Assembly (NCBI GenBank): GCA_963783575.1
Contig: CAWAOD010000005.1
Coordinates: 416,001-480,000, forward strand
Source of the DNA: an uncultured Spirochaetota bacterium
GTDB taxonomy: Bacteria > Spirochaetota > Brevinematia > Brevinematales > JAOACQ01
DNA length: 64,000 nt
Direction: 5' to 3'
In this document: piece after piece, positions 1 through 10,013 of the stretch
Layout of the letters: every line of letters begins with the position of its first letter
How positions within the stretch are numbered: position 1 is the stretch's first letter
The notes under the pieces: model-generated
Told to the model about the DNA's origin: nothing
Database searches by the model: none
The model's input: the letters and a program-made list of their open reading frames with translations, nothing else
Program-made: the position numbers and the translations under genes

Positions 1-221
1 CCCCCTGGGGTTATGATATTATTAATCAGGGCAGGGATAGTAAGCCGTTGGCGTGAATTTGCATTTATGCTTCATGAAATGCAGAGAGTAATTATTCCAT
101 GCCTTTCGCTTACCGGTATTTTTATAAATTGGATAAGAATTTCCAGAGGACTTATTAATAAAAAGAGAAGAAGAAAAATGCAAATTGTGGAATATTTTTC
201 CTTAACAAGTTAGCGCTTATG
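1..221 (+). mobile_element. 3' end of an IS4-family element (partial; second copy of the element at 34690-36040)
   Basis: Near-identical to 35820-36040; ends in terminal IR CAAGTTAGCGCTTATG. Confidence 0.9.
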
Positions 222-303
222 AGGCTAAGGGCAGGCTCCTTGACCCGGTTAATTCCTCACAGCTATGTGGAGTTTATCCCGAGCAGAGCCTGCCCTGAGT
301 ATA

Positions 304-1994
304 CAGACTGTGTGAAAACACAGTAAATATGCTATAATTATTAGAACAAAAATAATCGGAGTAAAAGATGAAGCATATTGAGGGAGAATCAAGGGATCAG
401 ATAGTTCTGTTCAATGAAACACTGGAAGATCTGTTAGGAGAAGAAGATCCGGTAAGGTTTATAGATATTTTTGTTGATAAGCTAAATATGAAAGGAGTTG
501 GTTTTAAAGTAAAAGAAGCATCAACCGGCAGAAGTTCATATAAATCCGAAATACTTTTAAAAATCTATATTTACGGATATTTGAATAAAATCAGGACAAG
601 CAGGAAATTAGAGAGAGAGTGCCGAAGAAACACAGAGTTGATGTGGCTGACTGGACGACTAGCGCCGGATTTCAAGACGATTGCCGACTTCAGGAAAGAT
701 AATAAGAAGGGAATACAGTCGATATTCAGAGAATTTTTGAAGATATGTCATAAAGCCGGGCTTTTATCATTTGACGTGGTTGGAATAGATGGAACCAAGA
801 TCAGTGCGCAAAACCACAATAACAATGTTTATCATAGGAAAAACATAGAAGAAATCATACATAGAATAGATCAAAAGATCGAAGAATATTTGAATGAGAT
901 GGATAAGAACGATAAGGAAGAAAAGAATGAATTTGAATTTCTTTCCGGAAAGATAGCGGAACGTTTAAAGAAAATGAAAACAAAAAAGGATAAAGTTGAG
1001 GCTATTAAAAAGATTTTTGAGGGAAATCCTGAAATGGAGAAATATTATTCAAATGACCCGGAAAGCCGGTTTATGAATGATAAAGGGAAATCCGACATTG
1101 CATATAATCTGCAGATGGCAGTAGATGATGCGAATAAACTGATTGTGGTGATTGATGTGACGAATGAAAACAATGATATCAAACAGATGGCAGGAATGTG
1201 TGACCGAGTAGAAGAAATAAAGGACGAGCTTAAGGTAGAGACTGAAACGGTCAAAGTATCGGATGCCGGTTATTACAGCGAACCGCAGATACTGGAATGT
1301 ATAGATAAGGGACATAACGTATATATGCCGAATCCGGATGACGGACATAAGGCAAGGATTCGAGGCAAAGAAGATAATAAAGGAGTACCTGCTGAAGAAT
1401 ACCAGGTTGATAAATTCAAATATGATCCGGGACAAAATGTTTATTATTGTCCGGAGGGAAACCCATTAGTGAGAAATGGGAAAAAAGTAGAGAAGGTCAA
1501 TGGAGGAAAAGAGATAGTCAGGTACAAGTGCGGCTTATGCAGCCAATGTGAAGTAAGAAATAAGTGTACTGAAAGCGTGGAAGGACGAAGTATCAAAGTA
1601 CCAGTTAGAAAAGAAGAAATTGAGAACTTCAAGAGGAAAATTCGTTCTGAAGCCGGGAAAAAGATCATAGAGAAAAGGAAAGAGATATGTGAACATCCAT
1701 TTGGATCGATAAAAAGGAATATGGGTTACAGTTATTTTTTAATGAAGGGAAAGGATGGCGTTCTGACGGAATCCAGTTTGGCAGGATTCATTCATAATTT
1801 AATAAAAGTATTGAATATATTGGGAATAAAGAGACTTATGACTCTGGTTTGATGCTAATAAACCATCGTTTATCGTATTCGGATAGATTTTTTAAACTAA
1901 GATTTTTTTAGCTTGAAAAATATATCAAAAAATGGAGTCTTTGTATAATTAATCGATTTTACTATAAAATTTTACTGAGTTTTCACACAGTCTG
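304..1994 (+). mobile_element. IS1182-family insertion sequence
   Basis: 24-bp IRs CAGACTGTGTGAAAACACAGTAAA / TTTACTGAGTTTTCACACAGTCTG; ATA on both flanks (301-303, 1995-1997). Confidence 0.9.
368..1852 (+). CDS. IS1182-family transposase
   Basis: SRKLERECRRN..MWL...PDFKTIADFRK, IDGTKI, DAGY, zinc motif, EHPFGSIK. Confidence 0.92.
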   Translation: MKHIEGESRDQIVLFNETLEDLLGEEDPVRFIDIFVDKLNMKGVGFKVKEASTGRSSYKSEILLKIYIYGYLNKIRTSRKLERECRRNTELMWLTGRLAPDFKTIADFRKDNKKGIQSIFREFLKICHKAGLLSFDVVGIDGTKISAQNHNNNVYHRKNIEEIIHRIDQKIEEYLNEMDKNDKEEKNEFEFLSGKIAERLKKMKTKKDKVEAIKKIFEGNPEMEKYYSNDPESRFMNDKGKSDIAYNLQMAVDDANKLIVVIDVTNENNDIKQMAGMCDRVEEIKDELKVETETVKVSDAGYYSEPQILECIDKGHNVYMPNPDDGHKARIRGKEDNKGVPAEEYQVDKFKYDPGQNVYYCPEGNPLVRNGKKVEKVNGGKEIVRYKCGLCSQCEVRNKCTESVEGRSIKVPVRKEEIENFKRKIRSEAGKKIIEKRKEICEHPFGSIKRNMGYSYFLMKGKDGVLTESSLAGFIHNLIKVLNILGIKRLMTLV

Positions 1995-2108
1995 ATATCG
2001 AAGGGCCGAGGGAATTCCAATAGAGATGCTTTCAGTTTTTCTGATTTTAATACCTCGAGACTTTGCCTTGAAGATCAATAGGAATATATTAAAATCCTGA
2101 GGCCAATT

Positions 2109-2744
2109 ATGAAGAATAGTTATCAAAAATTACGTGATCGTATGGTCAAAGAACAGGTTGCATCACGAGGAATTGAGGATAAAAACGTCCTTAGCTGTAT
2201 GAGAAATATACCAAGGCATTATTTTGTGCCCCTGTCTCATCAAAAAGAATCATATAATGACTATCCTATTTCCATAGGCTTCGGACAGACCATCTCACAG
2301 CCTTATATGGTTGCATTAATGACGGATTTGCTCAAAATCAGAAAGAATCATAAGATTCTTGAGATTGGTACAGGTTCAGGCTATCAAACTGCAATACTGG
2401 CATCTTTAGCAAATGCTGTTTTTACTGTTGAAAGAATTGAAGAACTTCTGTTTAAAAGTAAAACTGTACTGAATAGATTGGGTTTCAGAAATATTTTTTA
2501 TATGCTGGGAAATGGCTATTTCGGCTGGGAGGAACATGCTCCCTTTGATGGGATTGTTGTAACTGCTGCTCCTGAGAAAGTTCCCGAACCGTTGATAAAG
2601 CAGTTAAAAGCCGGCGGACATCTTGTGATTCCAGTAGGTGGGTCTTTCGAACAGGTTTTAAAAATTATAGTTAGAAAACCGGATGAAGGATATGATGAGG
2701 AAATAATTACAGGGGTCCGTTTTGTAAAGCTGGTCAATGAATAG
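2109..2744 (+). CDS. pcm: Protein-L-isoaspartate O-methyltransferase
   Basis: GQTISQPY, LEIGTGSGYQ, APFDGIVVTAA motifs. Confidence 0.95.
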   Translation: MKNSYQKLRDRMVKEQVASRGIEDKNVLSCMRNIPRHYFVPLSHQKESYNDYPISIGFGQTISQPYMVALMTDLLKIRKNHKILEIGTGSGYQTAILASLANAVFTVERIEELLFKSKTVLNRLGFRNIFYMLGNGYFGWEEHAPFDGIVVTAAPEKVPEPLIKQLKAGGHLVIPVGGSFEQVLKIIVRKPDEGYDEEIITGVRFVKLVNE

Positions 2745-2791
2745 ATATCAAACTGAGTAAGCAATTGAGAAAAGATCAAGCGGTACGCTTG

Positions 2792-4348
2792 TTAATCTAT
2801 CCTGTAATGAGCGCCTATACTTTCCCTGTTTGCAAGCGCGTCTTTTGCTACAATCAGTCCTGTCTGTACTGCATTTCTCAATTCTATAATGGTCTGGTTA
2901 ATCTTTGCATCACGGTAAAAATTCTCAATATCTTCTTTTAAATTGTTCAGATCAATGATGGCTCTTCTAAGACGCTTAGTGTTTCTAACGGCTCCTACAT
3001 AATTCCACATAATGTTTTTAAGTAAATTCCAGTCCTGGTTTATTAAGGCCGGATCAATTGTATCTATAATTCCAGTGTCTATCCAGTCATAAATTTCCGG
3101 AAACTCAATATTCAGATACCCGGATTTATTTTCTTCGATGAATTTTGCAATACGTCTTCCGAAGACAACACCCTCAAGCAGCGATGTACTTGCCAGGCGG
3201 TTTGCACCGTGGAGTCCAGTACAGGCGACCTCGCCGACAGCAAATAAGCGGTCTATATTCGTTCTACCAGTCATATCTGTTAATATACCGCCGCATGAAA
3301 AATGAAAAGCCGGAACAATCGGTATAATTTCATTAAGAATGTCAAATCCGAATTCCTGGCATTTATTATAGATATTGGGGAATCTGCTTTTAATCTTTTG
3401 TTTTCCGATTCTGGAAAGGTCAAGATAAACAAATTTTTCTCCGGTTTCAAGCATTTCGTTCAAAATTGCCCTTGTTACAATATCTCTAGGAGCCAGGTCT
3501 TTACCTGGATGATACTTTTCCATGAATTCCTTTCCATATTTATCCACAATAACTGCGCCTTCACCTCTGACGGATTCGGAAATCAAAAAATTATCGGCTT
3601 TCGGGTGATATAAAGTAGTTGGATGGAATTGTGTATATTCCATATTCTCAAGTCTTGCACCGGCCCTTGCCGCCATTGCATAACCATCCCCTGTAGCAAG
3701 CTTAGGATTTGTTGTATGCAGGTAAATCTGGCCCATTCCACCGGTTGCAAGAATTACAATTTTTGCGAGAATTTTTTCAACTTTTTTATTTTTATTATCA
3801 AGGGCATAAACTCCGACAGAGGTAATCGGTTTATACATCCTGAACTTATCTTTTGAATGATGATCAAGTGTAATTATATCTATGACTGTAAAATCAGGCA
3901 TAAAAGTAATATTATTTATTTTCCTCAGGGCCCTCAACGCCCCTTCGCCTATACTTTTTCCTGTTGTATCCTCGGAATGAAGAATTCGACGGGTTGAATG
4001 AGCCGCTTCTTCAGTCAGATCAAGATTACCGCTGCCATCTTCGGAAAATAATATTCCGAAATCACGGATTAATATCTCTTCAACGGCTTTGCTGCCTTCA
4101 TTAACAATTACATTTATTGCTTCAGGGTTGGATATACCGCACCCCGCGTTCATAATATCATCATAAATCAATTCCGGTGAATCATCTATACCTTTATAGA
4201 CAATACCGCCCTGAGCGTAGAATGTATTACTATCCTCAAACCTTCCGCACTTATTCATAAAACCGACAGAAAAACCGCTTTTTGCCAGATAATACGCTGT
4301 AACACAGCCGGCAACACCGCTTCCGACGACAATTGCATCGAATTTCAT
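2792..4348 (-). CDS. nadB: L-aspartate oxidase
   Basis: GSGVAG FAD motif, AQGGI, EAAHSTRRILH, QFHPT, GLHGANRLASTSLLEG. Confidence 0.93.
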   Translation of the reverse strand: MKFDAIVVGSGVAGCVTAYYLAKSGFSVGFMNKCGRFEDSNTFYAQGGIVYKGIDDSPELIYDDIMNAGCGISNPEAINVIVNEGSKAVEEILIRDFGILFSEDGSGNLDLTEEAAHSTRRILHSEDTTGKSIGEGALRALRKINNITFMPDFTVIDIITLDHHSKDKFRMYKPITSVGVYALDNKNKKVEKILAKIVILATGGMGQIYLHTTNPKLATGDGYAMAARAGARLENMEYTQFHPTTLYHPKADNFLISESVRGEGAVIVDKYGKEFMEKYHPGKDLAPRDIVTRAILNEMLETGEKFVYLDLSRIGKQKIKSRFPNIYNKCQEFGFDILNEIIPIVPAFHFSCGGILTDMTGRTNIDRLFAVGEVACTGLHGANRLASTSLLEGVVFGRRIAKFIEENKSGYLNIEFPEIYDWIDTGIIDTIDPALINQDWNLLKNIMWNYVGAVRNTKRLRRAIIDLNNLKEDIENFYRDAKINQTIIELRNAVQTGLIVAKDALANRESIGAHYRID

Positions 4349-4364
4349 TATTAAATCTCCGTTT

Positions 4365-5132
4365 TTATATAATTGAAAGGATTTGCGGTTCTTCTTCCGT
4401 AATCGCTATGGAATGCTCCCAGTGCGAAGCAGGTTTTCCGTCCAGAGTTACAACGGTCCAGCCGTCGCTGAGTGTCTTTACATGATATGTTCCCAGTGTT
4501 ATCATGGGTTCGATTGCAATAACCATTCCTTTTTTTAATCTGGGGCCTTTTTTCTTCGGATCATAATAGTTTACTATAGGTGGATCTTCATGAATTGCTT
4601 TTCCTACTCCATGACCGCAGTAATCCCTTATAATTCCATATCCTTTGGGGCTTAAAAAAAATGATATGGCCTTACCAATCTCATTAAGGTAATTCCCCTC
4701 TCTTGCAGCATCTATTCCTATCATTAAAGCCGATTTTGTGTCTTCTACAAGTTTTTTTACGGAAGGCTCAACATTTCCAATCAAATAATTATAAGTGGCA
4801 TCGCCATAATATCCGGAAAGATTGGTCCCGACATCAATACTTACAATGTCCCCGTCTTTTAGGATATTGTTACCTGGGATACCATGAATTACCTGTTCAT
4901 TAACGGATATGCAGGTTGCTGCTGGATATCTGGGGAACTTCGGTGAAGGAGAATATCCCTTCCAAGCTGGAATTGCACCTTTTGATAAGATAAAATCTTC
5001 GGAAATTAAATCCAGTTCTTTGGTTGTAACACCGGGTTTTACGAATGGTTTTAAATACTCAAAAAGCTCAGCAATTATGCGGTTGCTTTTTCGGATATAT
5101 TCAATCTCTGTTCTATTTTTAATATTTATCAT
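4365..5132 (-). CDS. map: Type I methionine aminopeptidase
   Basis: CISVNEQVIHGIP, GHGVG..IHEDP, IEPM, HWEHSIA. Confidence 0.95.
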   Translation of the reverse strand: MINIKNRTEIEYIRKSNRIIAELFEYLKPFVKPGVTTKELDLISEDFILSKGAIPAWKGYSPSPKFPRYPAATCISVNEQVIHGIPGNNILKDGDIVSIDVGTNLSGYYGDATYNYLIGNVEPSVKKLVEDTKSALMIGIDAAREGNYLNEIGKAISFFLSPKGYGIIRDYCGHGVGKAIHEDPPIVNYYDPKKKGPRLKKGMVIAIEPMITLGTYHVKTLSDGWTVVTLDGKPASHWEHSIAITEEEPQILSII

Positions 5133-5135
5133 TTA

Positions 5136-5606
5136 TTATCGGGTTGGAATTATTTCTTTTTTTAATTCGGCTACTTTTTTCTTTTCCTCTTCGAACATAG
5201 AGTCGAAATTGATTGTTGGGCCAGCGCTGTAAGCATCCTCAATCAATTTATCAACATCCTTTTTCTGACCGGCTGTAATATTAATATTGCCTTTGACTAC
5301 AACACCCGGTTCCATTGTAAGCTGAGGCGTCGAGACGTTGCCGAGTATTCTTCCCGTGGTTAGCAATTTTACTTCTTCAATGGCTTCTATATCACCCAGA
5401 ACAACTCCTGCTACGGTAACTTTTTTTGCTCTTATCACCTCGGTTTTTACCTTTCCTGTTTCACCTACATAGAGGTGTTCTTCAGTTCTAATTTCCCCCT
5501 CAAACTTACCGTCCACCTGAAATGATCCATGAACAAAAAATTTACCCTGAAATACAGAACCTTCTCCTATCATCGAATTAATTGATCCTTCAACTTTCGG
5601 CGGCAT
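5136..5606 (-). CDS. Bactofilin (polymer-forming cytoskeletal protein)
   Basis: IGEGSVFQG...VDGKFEGEI...VGETGKV beta-helix pattern. Confidence 0.88.
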   Translation of the reverse strand: MPPKVEGSINSMIGEGSVFQGKFFVHGSFQVDGKFEGEIRTEEHLYVGETGKVKTEVIRAKKVTVAGVVLGDIEAIEEVKLLTTGRILGNVSTPQLTMEPGVVVKGNINITAGQKKDVDKLIEDAYSAGPTINFDSMFEEEKKKVAELKKEIIPTR

Positions 5607-5718
5607 AAATTCCTCCTAAAAACATTTAGCGTATTTTTCTGTACTATTATAACATATCTTGTTATTCCGTGACAATTTTATTTTAATAATGTAGAAATTG
5701 TTTTTGATCAAACTACCA

Positions 5719-6549
5719 TTATATATCGGCAAACGTGGTGAAATATTGCATTACTTTTGCTAATTCCATTCCATATTTACCTATGCCTTCTTTGCCTTCA
5801 TCGCCATGAAAGTCGCTTCCGCCCGTCAGTATTAATTTATTGAAAAAGGATTCTTCAATTTTATTTGAAAGATCCCTGGAGATTTTTGGATGGCGGTATT
5901 CAATTCCATCAAGCCCTGCCTCGATCATTGTATTAATTTTTTCCCAGTTTTTTATATTATAAAGCATAAGCGGGTGTGCAAGCACTGCTTTTCCGCCGTT
6001 TTGCTTGATTAACCGGATTACCTCAAGCGTAGGAACCTCTTTTCTAGGTATATAACAGGGTGCTCCGGGTTTAAGAAGTTTTTCAAAAACCCTATCCGTA
6101 TCCTGGAAATAGCCTAAATTGACCAGTTCCCTGGCAATATGCATTCTGCCTACAGAAACATTATCATATTTTAATAGGCTTTCCTGTTCAATCCTGAATC
6201 CGTTTGATTTAAGCCGTTCAATTATTTGATAAGCCCTGTTAATTCTTGATTTTTTAAATTCCTGAACCAGGCTGATCATTCCATTGTATTTATAATTCGA
6301 AAAGTAAGATAAAATATGAATTTCTCCTGAATCTTCAAATATTGTCGAAAATTCACAACCGGCAAGAAAAAAAATATCAATATTTTTTTTTCTTAAAAGC
6401 TGAAAGGCTTCCTCAATGCCGTCAAAAGAATCATGATCTGTTATTGAAAAACCACCCAAACCTGATTTTATTACTTTATCAATAATATCTTCCACACTTA
6501 ATAATCCATCCGAATAACTGGTATGGATATGCATATCGACAATCTTCAA
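5719..6549 (-). CDS. PHP-domain phosphoesterase
   Basis: DMHIHTSYSDG, ITDHD, LAHP, GGSDFHG. Confidence 0.88.
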   Translation of the reverse strand: MKIVDMHIHTSYSDGLLSVEDIIDKVIKSGLGGFSITDHDSFDGIEEAFQLLRKKNIDIFFLAGCEFSTIFEDSGEIHILSYFSNYKYNGMISLVQEFKKSRINRAYQIIERLKSNGFRIEQESLLKYDNVSVGRMHIARELVNLGYFQDTDRVFEKLLKPGAPCYIPRKEVPTLEVIRLIKQNGGKAVLAHPLMLYNIKNWEKINTMIEAGLDGIEYRHPKISRDLSNKIEESFFNKLILTGGSDFHGDEGKEGIGKYGMELAKVMQYFTTFADI

Positions 6550-6681
6550 AATATAACCTCAATAATGATAATCCAGTTGAATATTTTATATTATTTTAAC
6601 AAAAAAGTCATTGAATTGGTTTTATATAAGTGTATTTAATATTTTTTAAGAAAAATAATAATGGGATTTTATAATTCATTA

Positions 6682-7197
6682 TTAAATTTTCATGCAATTC
6701 CGGCATCTGGCTTCATATTCATTTTCACTGCCTATCAAAACATCGTTTTTTTTGTTCTTCCCTTTAAAGAAAGTAAAACTTGCATTGTAACTTCCGCAAT
6801 TATGACAGACAGCGTTTAATTTTATTACCTCCTCACAGATTGGAATAATATCCAGAATTTTTCCGAAAGGTTTCTGTTCGCTTGTGGCATCGAGACCTGC
6901 GATTATAACGTTTTTTTTTTGATTGGCCCATAGGTTAACAATTGGCAGATCTTCAAAAAACTGCCCTTCATCGATACCTATAATATCATAATTTGAAATA
7001 TCGATTCCCGAGAGATCTTCAACGGCAATATTATGAATCGGGATATTTTTTGTATGATCATGGGTTATTAATTCTCTTTTATCGATTGAATGACGGATAA
7101 GAATTACCTTTTTACCAGCAATCCTGTCCCTGTTCAATCTCCTGATCAGTTCCGTGGTTTTTCCCGAAAACATCGGTCCTATTATCAAAGAAATCAT
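6682..7197 (-). CDS. tdk: Thymidine kinase
   Basis: GPMFSGKTTELIR, IDEGQFF, C-terminal zinc motif YEARCRNC. Confidence 0.93.
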   Translation of the reverse strand: MISLIIGPMFSGKTTELIRRLNRDRIAGKKVILIRHSIDKRELITHDHTKNIPIHNIAVEDLSGIDISNYDIIGIDEGQFFEDLPIVNLWANQKKNVIIAGLDATSEQKPFGKILDIIPICEEVIKLNAVCHNCGSYNASFTFFKGKNKKNDVLIGSENEYEARCRNCMKI

Positions 7198-7251
7198 TTT
7201 ACCCTCCGATCAAAATTATTGAACCTGAATTATTTGTTGATTAAAAATTCT

Positions 7252-7833
7252 TTATTTAAAATAGTGAATAATCCTCGGCGTAATATAAACTTCTATAAAA
7301 GCTGCAATGATAAGAAGCGGAATTACAATTTTTATATAATTAATTGTCAATCTTATTAATACTGTTTTTAGATTACTTTTATCTTTAGAAATCATTTTAT
7401 CAAATAATTTTGAAGCTATGACCAGACCCAGTACAAAAGCTATAAATATAGCCGGTAATTCAAAGATACCATGCGGAGCCGTGGAAATAAAAAATTGAAA
7501 AAGACCGGTTTTTTGTGAGTAGAATTTACAAGCAGCCCCAAGGATAAAAAAATTAATATAACAGGAAAATATTGAAGGAAGGGCAAGAAGAAACCCGCCG
7601 CAAAATATGATTAATGAAGCAACTAGATTATTTAAAAAAATACCGGTAAAAGTAAAACTGATTAGATGAAAATATGATTCAAGCAATTTTAATATCTTTC
7701 CGGCCTCACTTTCTGATAAAATAAACCCATTAATAAAACCTGCCAGACATATTACACCGGCTGCAAATATGAACTTATAATAAAAGTTAAATGAATTTAT
7801 ATAAGATAAATCATAATTATTTTTATTGTTCAT
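7252..7833 (-). CDS. SpoIIM/DUF95-family membrane protein
   Basis: IFLNN, PHGIFELPA, AAFIEVYITP motifs; start moved to the ATG at 7833. Confidence 0.8.
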   Translation of the reverse strand: MNNKNNYDLSYINSFNFYYKFIFAAGVICLAGFINGFILSESEAGKILKLLESYFHLISFTFTGIFLNNLVASLIIFCGGFLLALPSIFSCYINFFILGAACKFYSQKTGLFQFFISTAPHGIFELPAIFIAFVLGLVIASKLFDKMISKDKSNLKTVLIRLTINYIKIVIPLLIIAAFIEVYITPRIIHYFK

Positions 7834-8416
7834 AGCTTTGCTCTGCTTTATCAAGGTCCGGCTCAAATTTTTTCACTATTAAAATATTGCTGTACCGGAT
7901 TTCATCCGATTCCAATCCCTCCAGAGCCGTTTTAATTTGCCGGTACTCATCTTTCGAGAGGTTTTTGTTTTCCAATTGTCTTGTGTAATTTGATCTGAAT
8001 TCAAAAATTTTATTTTTTAAATTAGCGATATCTGTATTATAATTTGTTAATTCTCTTTTGATACTTGTATAAGCAAGAACCGTGTTTTTATAAACAATTA
8101 TCAATTCATCAGTTGTTTTAAAATGATTTGACAAACCGGATTCTTTAATTTTTGAACTCTCTTTTAATGATTTAAAAAATTTGATATTTGCACCGGGAGA
8201 ATTTTTTTCGTCCTCAGTAAGTCGTGATTGATATTTAGAGGAAAAATCCAGTATTTCCGGAAGTACAAATATAAAATTCGAAACCTGAGTTTCATTTAAA
8301 AGAGTAATCTCTTTATTATTAATCCCATCATTTGACTGCTCATCCTCCTGTGAACAGGAATTAAACATAAAAGCGGCGGCTAATAAAAGAATCAAATATA
8401 ATATGTGAATTTTCAT
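7823..8416 (-). CDS. Hypothetical lipoprotein
   Basis: GGAGA RBS before ATG 8416; hydrophobic signal peptide ending MFNSC. Confidence 0.65.
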   Translation of the reverse strand: MKIHILYLILLLAAAFMFNSCSQEDEQSNDGINNKEITLLNETQVSNFIFVLPEILDFSSKYQSRLTEDEKNSPGANIKFFKSLKESSKIKESGLSNHFKTTDELIIVYKNTVLAYTSIKRELTNYNTDIANLKNKIFEFRSNYTRQLENKNLSKDEYRQIKTALEGLESDEIRYSNILIVKKFEPDLDKAEQSYEQ

Positions 8417-8444
8417 TTTATCTCCTGAAATTTTATTACATGTA

Positions 8445-8552
8445 CTCCCCTCGCGGTGCGGTTTTACAAAGAAGCAATGAACTCGGTGAGCGTTTTTGAA
8501 ACGAGCAGTTCCCGGATCCACTGCTTTTTTTTATGCTGTACCACTAGGGAAC
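8445..8552. ncRNA. Candidate structured RNA (long imperfect hairpin), identity unknown
   Basis: GC-rich island; TCCCCTCGCGGTGCGG pairs with CTGTACCACTAGGGA and AAGCAATGAACTCGG with CCGGATCCACTGCTT. Confidence 0.3.
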
Positions 8553-8859
8553 CCAACATTTGCAAACATTTATGAACTTAGATTTTAACATAGTTTTACA
8601 AGAATGGAAAATATTTCTTGAATACCTGACCAAGGGAAGAAATCAGAAGGATAGGGTGCGTATATTGATAATATGCCGTTTCTCCATAAACAAATCAAAA
8701 GAATATACAATCGTTAACAATAGACATAATCGGTTTTAATTTTTTCATGTCAAGATTGAATCTTTTACAGATTGTTCAGCTGGGGCAATATTTTATTTTC
8801 ATCATTATTAAAATCATCTGTACTATAATCGAATAAGTATATTGAAATACTGGAATTTC

Positions 8860-9150
8860 TTATTTTGGTATTATAAAAAAATATGAGAATGCTCCCAGGA
8901 AAACCAGGTAAAAAAAGCTTACAATACTTATATGTACAATAAATTTTGTTCTTGATTTATTTTTTCTTTCTTTAATTGTCCACCACATACAGAATAATCC
9001 AAGGCAGAACTCAATAAAAACAATCGAGAAGGCAATGATTGTCCTTAATTCGGTAGAAAAAATTGTGTAAGATAACAATCCGAATACAGGCCAGAGCTCT
9101 AATAGATAGAACAGTACAAAAACTACAATTACCCAGATATTTTTCTTCAT
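8860..9150 (-). CDS. Small membrane protein (about 3 TM)
   Basis: AAGGAG RBS before MKKNIW; hydrophobic segments. Confidence 0.6.
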   Translation of the reverse strand: MKKNIWVIVVFVLFYLLELWPVFGLLSYTIFSTELRTIIAFSIVFIEFCLGLFCMWWTIKERKNKSRTKFIVHISIVSFFYLVFLGAFSYFFIIPK

Positions 9151-9296
9151 TATGAAACTCCTTATTTTGAAATTTTCTATTATAAAAATTCTAGAAATCA
9201 AAAATATTAATTTGGGTTAACCGCCTTGTTTAAAAAATTCGCAGGTTTTGCATTGATTATAATTTATTCCGTATATTATATGTTCCAGGTCAAAAA

Positions 9297-9956
9297 CTAT
9301 TGAATAATGATTCCATCTGTTAGTTTGATCTTCCGTTCAATATTATCTAAAACCCACTGGTCGTGCGATGCAAAAATGATAGTCACTCCAAGGTTAAGGT
9401 TCAATTCCTTCAATACCTCGACGATATTGTGAGAAGTCTGGCTGTCCAGGTTTGCCGTCGGTTCATCGGCCATAATATAAGGAGGATTGTGAACAAGCGA
9501 GCGCGCTATTGCCACACGCTGCCTCTGGCCGCCGGAAAGCTCGTCGGGTTTATGCTTGATATGCGCTGTCAAACCAACCCGTTCTATTAGCTCAAGAACC
9601 TTCTTTTTTTCAAACTTTTGTCCCTTTAGTTTCATCGGTACCACTATATTCTCATAAACATTTAAAACCGGGATAAGGTTAAAGCTCTGGAAAATAAACC
9701 CGACTTTTCTTGCTCTGAACTCGGTGAGCTGAATTGAGTTATAATTTGTGATATCCTCGCCATCTATAACAATTGTTCCGGATGTTGCCCTGTCCATAGC
9801 CCCGATCAGGTTAAGAAGTGTTGATTTTCCGCTGCCGGATACTCCTCCGACAACAACCATTTCTCCCTTTTCGATCTTAAGATTAATTCCTTTGAGAGCC
9901 TCAACATAGACATTTCCCGATTTGTATGTCTTTTTGATGTCTTTCAATTCTATCAT
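9297..9956 (-). CDS. ABC transporter ATP-binding protein (LolD/MacB-like)
   Basis: GVSGSGKST, GFIFQSFNL, LSGGQRQRVAIAR, ADEPT. Confidence 0.92.
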   Translation of the reverse strand: MIELKDIKKTYKSGNVYVEALKGINLKIEKGEMVVVGGVSGSGKSTLLNLIGAMDRATSGTIVIDGEDITNYNSIQLTEFRARKVGFIFQSFNLIPVLNVYENIVVPMKLKGQKFEKKKVLELIERVGLTAHIKHKPDELSGGQRQRVAIARSLVHNPPYIMADEPTANLDSQTSHNIVEVLKELNLNLGVTIIFASHDQWVLDNIERKIKLTDGIIIQ

Positions 9957-10013
9957 ACTTTACTCCTCTGCAACATAATGTTGCTTCAATATTTAAAATT
10001 TTCGGTAAGAATT

